Shown: positions 29,816-41,323, numbered from the stretch's first letter. The stretch: DNA of 64,000 nucleotides from an uncultured delta proteobacterium (GCA_963771465.1 CAVYTU010000013.1:160001-224000); one strand, 5' to 3'. Made by a program: numbers and translations. The notes: generated from the sequence alone by a model not told the origin.

Positions 29816-30805
29816 ATGGCTTTTTCTTCTCGCGGGCAGAGTCAGCGTGCCGGCACGTTTGAAACTGACCGCAAACCGAACCAAGCTGTTCTCCGGCCAA
29901 AGTTAACGGCGCTCAGAGAGGTTTTCGAATTCGGCGGCCTTAGTTGGAAAGAGCTTGGTAGGCGGGTCATTGCCGGTGTTCAGAGGACCGACTGCTCTGG
30001 CTACGCCGCGGCGCTCGCTTACTATTTTTTATTTTCCTTGTTTCCCTTCCTGATATTTCTCACCGCGCTGCTGGCCTATTTGCCGCTCGGCGATTGGTTC
30101 GAACAGGTGATCGCCCTACTGGCGCGGTTCATGCCAGGCGCGGCTCTGGAGCTGGTGCGCGATTATCTAAGCGTTCTGCTTTCCCAACAGCGCGGTGGCT
30201 TACTGTCGTTCGGGATTCTAATCGCGCTCTGGACCGCCTCAAACGGAATGTCGGCGATATCGGGCGCTCTCAATCACGCCTACGGAGTGGAAGAGGGACG
30301 GCCGTTTTGGAAAGTGCGCGCTATGGCGATTCTGTTAACGGTCGGATTGTCGATCTTTCTCATCGCCTCGATCGTGTTGCTGATTTTTGGCCCGCAGATC
30401 GGCGGTTATATCGCCAATTGGATGGGACTGGGGACGGTGTTCGAAATCGGTTGGAATATCTTGCGCTGGCCGGTCATCTTGATCCTGGTTACGACCGCGA
30501 TCGCGGCGATTTATTACTTTGCCCCGGACGTCGAACAACAGTGGAAATGGATCGCTCCGGGTTCGCTGTTCGCGGTAATCCTGTGGACCATCCTTTCTTT
30601 GGGTTTTTCTTACTATGTGAATAATTTCGGCTCCTATGACAAAACCTACGGCAGTATCGGCGCGATCATCGTTATGCTCACATGGATGTACGCCAGCGGA
30701 TTCGTCATTCTCGTCGGCGGCGAAATCAATGCTGAGATCGAGCACGCGAGCGCGGGAGGCAAAAACCCTGGGGAGAAGCAGACGCCAGACAGCGTAATGG
30801 CATAA
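29816..30805 (+). CDS. YihY/BrkB family membrane protein
   Basis: AAALAYYFLFSLFP, YDKTYGSIGAIIVMLTWMY...GGEINAE. Confidence 0.9.
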   Translation: MAFSSRGQSQRAGTFETDRKPNQAVLRPKLTALREVFEFGGLSWKELGRRVIAGVQRTDCSGYAAALAYYFLFSLFPFLIFLTALLAYLPLGDWFEQVIALLARFMPGAALELVRDYLSVLLSQQRGGLLSFGILIALWTASNGMSAISGALNHAYGVEEGRPFWKVRAMAILLTVGLSIFLIASIVLLIFGPQIGGYIANWMGLGTVFEIGWNILRWPVILILVTTAIAAIYYFAPDVEQQWKWIAPGSLFAVILWTILSLGFSYYVNNFGSYDKTYGSIGAIIVMLTWMYASGFVILVGGEINAEIEHASAGGKNPGEKQTPDSVMA

Positions 30806-30931
30806 GTAATAGATTTGCTCTGGCTTCCTTAAATAAGATGAACAATGCCAATTTTTCTAGTTTCCGCTTTTTAAATGCGCCGGGTGAGATTTGCGCTAAA
30901 TCCTATCGTTGACACGCCATCACTTGGTATC

Positions 30932-31023
30932 TGTCCTAAAACTGCAACAGCGCAATTGACTCAAGGCGGATTTCGCTCGGTTAACGTGCTTCTTTGGAGA
31001 CCCTTAGTGGGTATGCCCTTTGC
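30932..31023 (+). promoter_or_regulatory. UAS palindrome (30932-30949) plus sigma54-type promoter (31009-31023)
   Basis: TGTCCTAAAACTGCAACA and GGGTATGCCCTTTGC. Confidence 0.6.
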
Positions 31024-31090
31024 GATTAAATTTTTTTGAATAATAGCGTGTGCAATTTACCACATAGGCTAATTTGATTGGAGAAACGAC

Positions 31091-31762
31091 ATGCCGGAAT
31101 CAGTGACTCGCGAGGAAGTCCAAACGTTAGTGCATAATGGCGCGCAGTTGATCGACGTCTTGGGCGAGCGCCAGTACGCCGAAGCCCATTTAACCGGCGC
31201 GATCAATATTCCGTTGGCGCATCTCGATCACAAAAGCACCGCGGAGGTCACCCACGAACGGCCGGTGATCGTGTATTGCCATGACCTTCAATGAGACTTG
31301 AGCGCGCGGGCCGCGTGGCGGCTCGAAAGTTTGGATTTCGAAAATGTGTGCGACTACGTTGCCGGAAAGCAGGATTGGCTAGCTTATGGGCTGCCGATCG
31401 AAGGCGAATTAGCTGAAGCGGTGACCGCCGGCCAGTTAGCGCTTCGTGAGGTGCCCGTCTGTCGCCTCGAAGACAAATTGTCTGCATTGGCGCAGCGGTT
31501 GCGCCCCAGCGCCTGGAATCAATGCGTCGTCGTTAACGAGGCGGGGATCGTTCTTGGACTATTGCGCAAATCGATGTGGGAAGGCGCGACCAACGATGTG
31601 ACGGCGGAACAGGTGATGGAATCGGCACCGATTACCTTCCGTCCTCACCTACGACGCGACGAAATAATTGCCGACATGGAAAAAAAGAAAATGGAATCCG
31701 CCTTGGTGACTACGCCGGATGGAAAATTACTGGGATTACTGCGGCGTGAAGCAACAGTTTGA
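31091..31762 (+). CDS. Rhodanese-CBS protein with in-frame TGA at 31292-31294 (candidate selenocysteine)
   Basis: ORFs 31091..31294 and 31298..31762 share a frame and the rhodanese domain spans the stop: VIVYCHDLQ*DLSARAAWRLESLDFENVCDYVAGKQDW. Confidence 0.8.
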
Positions 31763-31867
31763 ACGGTCGTATCTCTCAACGCGGAAGCACCTCGGTGAAC
31801 GCCTCAGAACGCGCGTCGCATTTTACTTTAAGAAAATCGCCCCATCCAAGTCGGGAAAGAAAGGAAC

Positions 31868-32251
31868 ATGAACATGCTGGGAAACATCGACGCATGCGCT
31901 AACTTGGCGGTCAAGGATTTGACTGCGGCGCGGAATTTTTACGAAGGCACACTGGGACTGACCCAGATCGGGTCTGAAGGCGATGAGCTGGTCGTCTATC
32001 GCAGCGGCAAGACGACGCTCAACGTTTATACCTCGCAGGAGGCTGGGACCAACAAGGCGACTGCGGTCACCTGGGCGGTTGGCGACCAGGTCGAGGATAT
32101 CGTGCGGGCGCTGAAGGCGAAGGGCGTCGCTTTCGAGCATTACGACATGCCGGACACGACGCTCCAGGGTGACGTCCACGTCGCCGGCGACATCAAGGTC
32201 GCCTGGTTCAAAGATCCCGACGGCAACATCCTCAACATCATCAATCGATAA
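31868..32251 (+). CDS. VOC/glyoxalase family protein
   Basis: LAVKDLTAARNFYEGTLGL...AWFKDPDGNILNI. Confidence 0.9.
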   Translation: MNMLGNIDACANLAVKDLTAARNFYEGTLGLTQIGSEGDELVVYRSGKTTLNVYTSQEAGTNKATAVTWAVGDQVEDIVRALKAKGVAFEHYDMPDTTLQGDVHVAGDIKVAWFKDPDGNILNIINR

Positions 32252-32268
32252 ACTTGCTGGGGTGAGCA

Positions 32269-32589
32269 ATGAGCACCATCTCCAAAGACAACAAAGTCGT
32301 CACACTGGTCAACGTCTTTACCGTCGGTGCGGAGAACCAGCAGCGGCTAGTCGACGTCTTGATCGAAGCGACGGAAAAAACCATGAAGCATCAGCCCGGT
32401 TTCGTTTCCGCCAGCATCCATCGGAGCTTTGACGGCGGCAAGGTGGTCAACTACGCCCAGTGGCGCAGCCGCGAGGACTTTGCCGCGATGATGCGCAACC
32501 CGGAGGCGCATCCGCATATGGCAGCCGCGGCGGCGCTGGCCGAGTTCGATCCCATCTTGTGTGAAGTCGTCGATTCCATCGACGCATGA
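32269..32589 (+). CDS. Antibiotic biosynthesis monooxygenase (ABM) family protein
   Basis: QPGFVSASIHRSFDGGKVVNYAQWRSREDF. Confidence 0.88.
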   Translation: MSTISKDNKVVTLVNVFTVGAENQQRLVDVLIEATEKTMKHQPGFVSASIHRSFDGGKVVNYAQWRSREDFAAMMRNPEAHPHMAAAAALAEFDPILCEVVDSIDA

Positions 32590-32662
32590 GCGGAGTTTTG
32601 CAATAGCGCGGGCGAAGCGCTTGACGCTCCGCGCCGCTGCTCGGTTCGGAACAAAAAATAAA

Positions 32663-35600
32663 TTATTTCTTTTCTTTGCCGTCGATGATGCGTTGCAGTC
32701 GATCGTGATCGATGGGCTTGACGAGATGATAGTCGAAACCGGCGGCGCTCGATTGCTCGCGGTCTTCATCGCGGCCCCAGCCGGTTTGCGCAATCAAAAT
32801 AGTTTTATCAAAGCGCGGCTGCGCGCGTATCTGACGGGCCACATCGTGGCCGCTCATGCCGCGCGGCAGACCGAGATCGATGAGCGCGAAGTCGGGAACG
32901 AAGTCCGCCAATAGGGCCAGCGCACTCGGGCCATCGGCAGCGGTTTTGACTTCATGGCCGCTGAATTCCAGCAGCAGGCAGAGCGACGTGGCCTGCATCT
33001 TGTTGTCGTCGACGACGAGAAGTTTTTTGCGCGCCTGCGTCGCCCCAGGTTTAGCTTGGGCATCCACTTTCGATTCCTCCTGAGGCGCTTGCGCCATCAG
33101 CGGCAGCCGCACGCTGAATACGCTGCCGCGATTGACGCCTTCGCTGTGCGCCTGGACGCTGCCGCCGTGCAACTCGACCAGGCTTTTGACCAGAGTGAGA
33201 CCGATGCCGAGGCCGCCGCTGTCCGTGGCGCGCTCTCCCTGGGAAAACATCTCAAATACCCGGCGCAATAATGCTTTAGACATACCCACGCCGTTGTCGC
33301 TTACGCTGACGCAGACTTGGTTATTTTCCAGTTGCGCCGCTATGCGGATGTCACCGCCCGGATTGGTAAATTTGGCCGCGTTAATCAGCAAATTTGAAAA
33401 TACTTGGCTGAGCCGGACGCGGTCGGCCTCCACCCAGAGGTCGTCGGCGGGCAAAGCTACTTGCAACTTATGATTTTTCTCATCGACGAAGGGTTGGCTG
33501 GCTTCGATGGCTTCTTGGATAATGGTTGCCAGCTTGAGCGGCTGCTTGCGCAAATCGAGCCGGTGTCGGGTCAGCCGGCTGACATCGAGGAGATCTTCCA
33601 ACATGCGCGCCATCTGCTGCACTTCGCGGCCGATAATATTCAGGCTGGTGCTCTGCAAGTCCGGCATCGGCCGTGCCCAAGCGCAGAATCTCGACTGCGT
33701 TGCTGATCGGCGCCAAGGGATTGCGCAGCTCATGGGCGAGCAAAGCGACAAATTCATTTTTCTGCCGATCGGCTTCTTTGAGCTCTTCAATGCGATCTTG
33801 CAATGCTGCCGCGGTTCGCTTCTGCGCGGTGATATCGAAACAGACGCCGGTAAGATAGGCCGGCGCGCCCGCCGCATCGTGGAAAATTTTAGCCGTGGTC
33901 AAAAGCCAGCAGATCGAGCCGTTGGCGCGCAAAAAACGCAGCTCTTCGGTAAAACCGCCGGTGGTCAATGCCTGGCGGCGCGCGGCGCTCAGTTTTTCCC
34001 GATCGTCGGGGTGAATCGCGCTGAAAAATCCCTCGTCGGTAAGCGGTTGCGGCAGCACGCCGAGCAGCGCATGAATGCGATCGTCCCAATAGCACCGATC
34101 GGTCTTGAGATCGCAATACCAAGTCGCCAGCGAGCCGCCTTCGAGCGCCAGCCGCAAGCGCTCGTCTTTTTCGCGCAGCGCTTGCTCGGCGCTCTTAATA
34201 TCCGTGATGTCGAAACTGGAGCCGACGTAGCCGAGAAAATTGCCATCGGCGGAGAAGCGCGGCACGCCGAGAGACTTCATCCAGCGGTATTCGCCGTCAC
34301 GGCGGCGCATGCGGAAGTAGGCTTCGAACGGAGTGCGTTGGGCGACCGCGCCCGCATAGGTTTTCACATACGCTTCATGATCCTCCGGATGGAGGTAGCG
34401 CGACCAAATGTCGTCTTGCAACTCGGTTTCGCTGCCGGCGCCGACGAATTCTAAAAAAGCTCGGTTGACAAACTCATGACCGTTCGCGCCGGCAAGCCAG
34501 ATCAACACCGGCGCGGTGTCGGCGAGCAGGCGGAAACGCGCCTCGCTTTCGCGGATCGCTTCGGCGCTCTTTTTGATGTCGTCGATATCGATCAAAAGGA
34601 TCACCGCGCCTTCGATCTTGTGATCGGCGGTGCGGTAGGGATGAATGCGCAGGCGATGCCAGCGTCCCTCAAGGTCGCGCACTTCGCGCTCGCGCAGTTG
34701 CACCTGATTGATGACTTCATAGATCAAGTCGTCGAGATCGGCGATTTCGATATTGCTCTTCAAATCGGTGAGCGGCCGGCCGATGTCGTTGGCGCGCAGG
34801 TTAAACGCCCGGCGCGCGGCATCGGTGTAGCGCCGGATGCGCAGGTCGGGACCGACCATCACCATCGGAATCGCCATGCTCGCCAGCAGGTTCGATAAAT
34901 CGTTGTTGAGCAGGGTGAGGTCCGAATTGCGATTGTGCAGCTGCTCGTTGACCGTGGTCAGTTCTTCGTTGGTCGACTGCAACTCTTCTTTAGCGGTTTC
35001 CAACTCCTCGTTGGTGCTTTGCAACTCTTCGTTGCTCGACAGGGTCTCCTCATTGGCCGAGCGCAGCTCCTCGTTGGCGGCGTCCTGCTGCTCGAGCAGC
35101 GACTGCAAATATTCTTTGATCGCCGTCAGCTCGCGGCGCAGTTGCAGGACTTCGCGCTCCTCTTCGGGCTCGAAGCGGGCCTCGCGCCGTCGCCGTTGGT
35201 CTCCTGGGTTTTTTCCGGCGCGGCGATTTCATCGAACATAACCAAGAAACAGGTTTCGCGGCTCGCCGGCGGCCGCACCGGCACCACTTCAAGATTGACG
35301 CTGCGGCTGTCGCCGTCGACGCGCACGCGCAGTCCTTCGCGGCGCACGGCGTGGTGTTGCTTGCGCGCCTCTTCGATGGCGCTGCGCAGTTCGAGGAACA
35401 AACCCTCGCGCGCCATTTTGAGCAAATTGTTGGTCGGCTCGCCCGGAGGCAGCTCCAAATAATTGCTGGTGCGGCCGCGAAACTGCACGATGTCGAGGTT
35501 GTCATTGACCAGCACGCCCGGCGGCGCGTAGCGCCCGAGCAGCATTCGGTCGGCTTCACGTTGGAAATCGGCCGGCGTCGAGCCCGGCGCCACGGCGCGT

Positions 35601-37175
35601 TTCTCGATGAAATGGCCGGTGGTGCGAAAGTCTTCCGGGGCGAAATGAATCACAGGCCGGGTCACCGCGGGTTTTTTGGCGTAAATCTTATTGTTCCGGT
35701 CGGTCGCCTCGAACAGGTCGACATTGTCGCCGATCGATTCGGAGCTGCCGAGCACGAGAAAGCCGGGCGAGTTCAAGGCATAGTGAAACGTCGGCAACAC
35801 GCGCTTTTGCAACGGCGGCGCCAGATAGATCAGCACGTTGCGGCAACTCACCATATCGACATGGGAAAAGGGCGGGTCCGCGGTCAGATTTTGGCGCGCG
35901 AATACGCACATATCGCGAATCGATTTATCGATTCGGTAGATATGGTCCTCTTTTTGAAAAAAACGTTTCAAGCGCTCGGGACTGAGCTCGGCTTCGATAT
36001 TGTCGGGATAGATTCCCGCGCGCGCTTTCTCTAAGGAACTTGGCTCGCCGATATCGGTGGCGAAGATCTGAATCGGCGACCGGCTTGGTTTGTTATCGAA
36101 AAACTCGACCAGGCTCATGGCGATGGAATAGGCTTCCTGCCCCGTCGAGCAGCCCGGCACCCAAACCCGTAGCGTCGACAAGGCATGCTTGGCTTCGACG
36201 ATTTCCGGATAGACCCGCTTTTTGAGGGCGTCGAACAAAGCCGGATCGCGAAAAAAACTGGTGACGTTGATCAGCAGATCTTGATAAAGCGCCTTGACCT
36301 CTTGCGGGTCGTTTTCGAGGCGCTGGATATAATCGCCCATGGTTTCCTGGGTGTGCAGCGCCATGCGCCGCAGGATGCGCCGTTTGATCGTGGTATCGCG
36401 ATACATGGTGAAATCGACGCCGGTAACGGCGCGCACCCGGGTGAGAACTTTTCGATACTGGGTTTCGCTATCGTCGGGGATAATCGGCGCCGGTTGTTGC
36501 GAAGTTGGATTTAGATAAGGATGAGTGCGGATCTGCGCCAGCCGGCGGCCGATCTCGTCGGGCGGTAAGATCAGGTCGGCGCAGCGGCTTTCGGCGGCGC
36601 TATGCGGCATGCCGCTATACTTCGCCGACTGCTCGTCCTGGGCGAAGGTGATGCCGCCCATCGCCTTGATTTCGCAAATCCCTTGGGCGCCGTCGGACCC
36701 CGTGCCGGATAGAATGATTCCCACCGCGCAGGTCTTCTGATCTTCCGCCAAGGCGCGAAAAAAATAATCGATGGGCAGATGTAGTCCGCGTCCCTCGGCG
36801 CGCGGCGTGATTTGCAGTATTCCCTGGACAATCGCCAGATTCACATTGGGCGGAATGATATAAACGTGATTGGGCTCGACCTTGAGGCCTTGCGCTGCCT
36901 CGCTCACCGGCATCCGCGTATAGCGCGCCAATAGATCGACCAGCCGGCTTTCATGATGCGGATCGAGATGCTGGATCAAAACGAACGCCATGCCGGTGTC
37001 GTCCGGCAGATGAGCTGAGGAGTTGCTGGTAGGCTTCGAGGCCGCCCGCCGATGCGCCGACGCCGACGATCGGAAAGGCGCCATTGCCGTTATCGCCGCC
37101 GGCGACGGGACCCTTGTCATGCTCTTCGGCAACGGGGAATCTTGATTCAGGATCGTTAGGATTACTTAAAGTCAT
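32663..37175 (-). CDS. CheB-CheR-coiled coil-PAS-histidine kinase-REC fusion, broken by three frameshifts (~37015, ~35200, ~33670)
   Basis: VGVGASAGGLEA / IQHLDP / SGTGSDG (CheB); VPGCSTGQEAYS, SCRNVLIY (CheR); NEELQSTNEEL repeats; PAS; [11 protein letters not shown]; REC. Domains are consecutive across four frames. Confidence 0.88.
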
Positions 37176-37305
37176 ACCGATGATCCCTAAATCTCGGCAC
37201 GAAATACGACTTTACGGCCCAAATCTCGTGCAGCAAGAGTTCTAATAATTACTTACCCGCGCATGGTGTGTCAACAGGCTATTCTGCAACGCCGACCGCG
37301 GCCGC

Positions 37306-37429
37306 TGTCCCAATTCTAAGAAAGATATTTTGCAAAAAGTTGCGTTTGGGTAACAGCCTTATTTTTTCTATTCACCAATTGCCGCGCGTTGATCGTGGAT
37401 CGCGCCATTGCTGCTGGCACGAGCGTTGC
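37306..37429 (+). promoter_or_regulatory. UAS palindrome (37306-37323) plus sigma54-type promoter (37415-37429)
   Basis: TGTCCCAATTCTAAGAAA and perfect-consensus TGGCACGAGCGTTGC. Confidence 0.8.
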
Positions 37430-37500
37430 TCCACTCATTTCATACAGGGAAAATTAAAATCGCCGCCGTAAAACCGGCCGGGTAGGCAAGGAGGCATGCA

Positions 37501-37860
37501 ATGAATGAACAGCAACAGCCTATCGATCACGATATGGAAGTGTGCATTGAAAACTGTACCGAGTGTCATCGGATTTGCTTGGAGACGATGGAGTATTGTC
37601 TTGGCATGGGTGGCAAACACGCTGACGCAGCGCACATCGCCCTATTGGCCGATTGCGCGCAGATTTGTCAGACCAGCGCTGATTTCCTGATTCGCGACTC
37701 GCGATTGCACCAGCAAATCTGCGCTGTCTGCGCGGCGGTTTGCCGGCGTTGCGCCGATGACTGCATCGCTGTGGGCGGCGACGACGAGCAGATGCATCAG
37801 TGCGCCGAACAGTGCGTCATCTGTGAGGAGAGCTGCGCCGAGATGGCGGGACATAAGTAG
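37501..37860 (+). CDS. Cys-rich four-helix bundle copper-binding protein (DUF326/Csp3-like)
   Basis: Repeated CxxxCxxC motifs, no signal peptide; RBS aaggagg. Confidence 0.88.
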   Translation: MNEQQQPIDHDMEVCIENCTECHRICLETMEYCLGMGGKHADAAHIALLADCAQICQTSADFLIRDSRLHQQICAVCAAVCRRCADDCIAVGGDDEQMHQCAEQCVICEESCAEMAGHK

Positions 37861-37896
37861 TACTGAACGAAAGTAGAATTTGAACGAGGCCTAAGA

Positions 37897-39243
37897 ATGA
37901 AAATCAAACTAAAAAAAATCCGTGACCAAATTATCGTTATCACCGGCGCTTCGTCGGGCATCGGCTTGGCGACGGCGCGTATGGCGGCGCAACGGGGCGC
38001 CAAGCTCGTGTTGGCGGCACGCAGCCACGGAGCGCTGCGAACGCTGACCGACGAGATCAAACAAAAAGGCGGTCAGGCGATTCATTTCGAAGCGGACGTC
38101 GGCAATCCCGAAGACGTGTGCGACATCGCCCGCGCCGCCATCGAGCGCTACGGCGGTTTCGATACCTGGGTGAACAACGCCGGCATCGGTATGTACGGCA
38201 AACTCGAAGACGCCGATACCGAGGATATGCGCAAACTGTTCGAAACCAATTTCTGGGGATTGCTCTACGGCTCTCTCGAAGCCGTCAAACACTTGAAACT
38301 GCGCGGTGGCGCTTTGATCAACGTCGGCAGCACCGAATCCGAACGGGGTGTGCCCTTGCAAGGCGTCTATGCGGCCTCGAAACATGCCGTGAAAGGATTC
38401 ACCGATGTGCTGCGCATGGAACTCGAAGCCGACGGCGCGCCGGTATCGGTTACTTTGATCAAGCCCGCCGCCATCGACACGCCGTTTCCGTTGAACGCCA
38501 AAAATTATCTCGCCAGCGAGCCGCAGCATGTGGCGCCGGTCTACGCGCCCGAGGCGGTGGCCGAAGCGATCTTGCACTGTTGCGAAAATCCGGTGCGCGA
38601 GCTGTTTGTCGGCGCCGGCGGCAAAGGTTACGCCGCCATGGGTTACTATGCGCCGAGTCTGGCCGACAAAGTCGGAGAACAATACGTCATGGCCGGAACC
38701 CAGAGCGGCAAGCCCCGGCGTGAACGCGATGCTTTGGATCGGCCTTCAGAAAAACTCCAGGAGCGCGGCGATTACCCGGGTCATGTGGCGCAATCGAGCT
38801 TGTACACGAAAACTTCATTGCACCCGTGGTTATCCGCCGTGGCCGCGTTGGGCGCCGGCTGGCTGCTGCGCGCTTGGTGGCGCGCCGTCCGCTCGCAGCC
38901 GGCGAGTGACGGTCTCCATTGGACCAATCCTTATGAAAACAAATCGACAACTACACAAGCGAGGAGCGAGGCGATGATTGAAAAATCACAAATCCGCGAG
39001 CATATGCAGGTGCGCGGATCGGACGGCCAGCCAGTCGGCGAGGTCGACAAGCTCGAAGGCGATCGTATCAAGCTGACGAAAAATAGCGTCTCCGCTGAGG
39101 ATCAGCATCAGTATATCGACCTCGATGCGGTGGTGTCGGTGCAAGGCGACGTCTTATGTCTCGATAAAACCGCCGAGGCGGCCAAGCGCGAGATGCAAGC
39201 GCGACAAAGCGAGTCCGGCGCCACCGGGCCGGCTGACATTTAA
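37897..39243 (+). CDS. SDR oxidoreductase continuing in frame into a DUF2171-like domain (own RBS and ATG at 38974)
   Basis: TGASSGIG, NNAG, YAASK; C-terminal IREHMQVRGSDGQPVGEVDKLEGDRIKLTK. Confidence 0.85.
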   Translation: MKIKLKKIRDQIIVITGASSGIGLATARMAAQRGAKLVLAARSHGALRTLTDEIKQKGGQAIHFEADVGNPEDVCDIARAAIERYGGFDTWVNNAGIGMYGKLEDADTEDMRKLFETNFWGLLYGSLEAVKHLKLRGGALINVGSTESERGVPLQGVYAASKHAVKGFTDVLRMELEADGAPVSVTLIKPAAIDTPFPLNAKNYLASEPQHVAPVYAPEAVAEAILHCCENPVRELFVGAGGKGYAAMGYYAPSLADKVGEQYVMAGTQSGKPRRERDALDRPSEKLQERGDYPGHVAQSSLYTKTSLHPWLSAVAALGAGWLLRAWWRAVRSQPASDGLHWTNPYENKSTTTQARSEAMIEKSQIREHMQVRGSDGQPVGEVDKLEGDRIKLTKNSVSAEDQHQYIDLDAVVSVQGDVLCLDKTAEAAKREMQARQSESGATGPADI

Positions 39244-39338
39244 TCCAGCGCGCCGATGGCGCGCGGATAATCATTTGGCTCTTCGCGTAGTCGAGTGGGT
39301 GAATTCTTGGTAACGACTCTTGTGATTGAGGTTTTCCA

Positions 39339-39460
39339 TCCCCCTTTGAAAAAAGGGGGACCGAGGGGGATTTGTTCGACGCCGAGGGACGAACTGTCAC
39401 CGAGCATCAAACCACGCGCAACGAAAAAATCCCTCCTAACCTCCCTTTGCCAAAGGGAGG
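39339..39460. repeat. Inverted pair of REP-like palindromic units
   Basis: TCCCCCTTTGAAAAAAGGGGGACCGAGGGGGATTT and, inverted, AAATCCCTCCTAACCTCCCTTTGCCAAAGGGAGG. Confidence 0.65.
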
Positions 39461-39513
39461 AACCGTCCGCGATGATCCAATCATTTAACCAACGGCCGGA
39501 AAGGATGACAATT

Positions 39514-40869
39514 ATGAAAGCCTTATGTTGGTACGGCACGAAAGATGTGCGCGTGGAAACGGTGCCCGACCCGAAGATTATCACGCCGCGCGACGTGATC
39601 GTTAAGATCACCACGACGGCGATTTGCGGTTCGGATCTGCATCTTTACGGCGGCTACATTCCGACCATGGAAAAGGGCGACATTCTCGGCCATGAAAACA
39701 TGGGCGAAGTCGTCGAAACCGGCGCGGACGTGAAAAAATTAAAGGTCGGCGATCGCGTCGTCGTGCCGTTCACGATTGCTTGCGGCGAATGTTTCTTTTG
39801 CCGGAAGCAATTGTGGTCGCTGTGCGACAACACCAACCCCAATGCCGCCATGGCGGAAAAACTCTACAGCTATTCCCCCTCGGGGTTGTTCGGTTATTCG
39901 CACATGCTGGGCGGCTATGCCGGCGGCCAGGCGGAATATCTGCGTGTGCCGTTTGCCGACGTCGGCTGCTTAAAAATTCCCAACGGCATGGAAGACGAGA
40001 AAGTGCTATTCCTCTCGGACATTCTCCCCACCGGCTATATGGCCGCGGAGAATTGCGCCATCGAGCCGGGCGACACCGTGGCGGTGTGGGGCTGCGGTCC
40101 GGTGGGCCAGTTTGCGATCAGGAGCGCCTACCTGCTCGGCGCCCAACGGGTGATCGCCATTGACCGCATACCCGAGCGGCTCGACATGGCCGAGAAAAAA
40201 AGCGGCGCGGAAACCATCAACTACGAAACCGAAGAACTGTTCGACGTATTGAAAGAGAAAACCGACGGCCGCGGCCCGGATCGTTGTATCGACGCGGTGG
40301 GCATGGAAGCCCACGTGCCGGGAGCCATCGGCGTTTACGACACGGTCAAACAATCGATGATGCTGGAAACCGACCGGCCTCATGCGTTGCGCCAGGCGAT
40401 TACCTACTGCCGCAAAGGCGGCACGGTTTCGGTGCCCGGTGTTTACGGCGGCTTCATCGACAAATTCCCCATGGGCTCGGTGGTGAATAAAGCGCTGACG
40501 GTCAAGTCCGGGCAAACCCATATGCACCGCTACATGCAGCCGCTGCTCGAACGAATTCAAAACGGCGAAATCGATCCCTCGGATATTATTACCCATCGCT
40601 TGTCCCTCGACGAGGCGCCCCATGGTTATGAAATTTTCCGCGACAAGGCAGAAGGCTGCATCAAAGTCGTGTTGAAACCTGGACAATCGATCCCACGCGC
40701 GGAACATGCAAAACCGGCCAACGAGGCGGCCGCGACGCACGTGATGCATAATGTCTTGCCGCGCTTGAGCGCAGCGAAAACCGGATGGTGGTTCAGTCTG
40801 GATTTTTCGGAAAAGACTTGTTGCGTTGACCTGCAGAGCAGACATGACAACTTCAAAACTGCCTCATGA
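39514..40869 (+). CDS. Zinc-dependent alcohol/formaldehyde dehydrogenase-like protein (YbdR type)
   Basis: [25 protein letters not shown]...C, GCGPVG. Confidence 0.92.
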   Translation: MKALCWYGTKDVRVETVPDPKIITPRDVIVKITTTAICGSDLHLYGGYIPTMEKGDILGHENMGEVVETGADVKKLKVGDRVVVPFTIACGECFFCRKQLWSLCDNTNPNAAMAEKLYSYSPSGLFGYSHMLGGYAGGQAEYLRVPFADVGCLKIPNGMEDEKVLFLSDILPTGYMAAENCAIEPGDTVAVWGCGPVGQFAIRSAYLLGAQRVIAIDRIPERLDMAEKKSGAETINYETEELFDVLKEKTDGRGPDRCIDAVGMEAHVPGAIGVYDTVKQSMMLETDRPHALRQAITYCRKGGTVSVPGVYGGFIDKFPMGSVVNKALTVKSGQTHMHRYMQPLLERIQNGEIDPSDIITHRLSLDEAPHGYEIFRDKAEGCIKVVLKPGQSIPRAEHAKPANEAAATHVMHNVLPRLSAAKTGWWFSLDFSEKTCCVDLQSRHDNFKTAS

Positions 40870-40984
40870 ACTTCATAATAAACGTTACGCTTATGCTCGG
40901 TGTTTCTGTCTGTATCGGATTGATCTTCTGGCTTCTCAAGAAGTGAAACGCTAAAACCGACGTCGCTTGGCGCAAGGAGCAGCG

Positions 40985-41263
40985 ATGAAAAAATGTCCCC
41001 ATTGCGCCGAAGAAGTGCAAGACGAAGCGGTGAAGTGTCGTTATTGCGGTTCCAGTTTGCACGCCGGCGGCTCGCGCCTTAAGCAGTTGCATCGCTCGCG
41101 CCGGGACCGCAAGATTGCCGGCATCTGCGCCGGCCTTGCCGAATATTTCGACGTCGACGTTGTCATCATGCGTGTCGCCTGGGTGATTTTCGGGTTCGTC
41201 TCCGTCGGCGTCGCCGTGTTGCTTTACCTGGTGTTGATTTTCGTCATACCTAGCGAAGAATAA
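40985..41263 (+). CDS. Zinc-ribbon plus PspC domain protein
   Basis: CPHCAEE...CRYCG then [19 protein letters not shown]...IP; RBS aaggag. Confidence 0.88.
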   Translation: MKKCPHCAEEVQDEAVKCRYCGSSLHAGGSRLKQLHRSRRDRKIAGICAGLAEYFDVDVVIMRVAWVIFGFVSVGVAVLLYLVLIFVIPSEE

Positions 41264-41305
41264 TCTGCGCGTGCAAAGCGCCGTGGCGTGCGAAATTCTC
41301 TCCAC

Positions 41306-41323
41306 TGTCCCGTAAATAGGACA
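41306..41323. promoter_or_regulatory. 18-bp palindrome upstream of kaiC
   Basis: TGTCCCGTAAATAGGACA. Confidence 0.55.

Noticed and set aside
39295-39513. N-terminal extension of the ADH ORF
   Set aside because: Chance open frame through the REP-like element; the family start MKALCWYG at 39514 has an RBS
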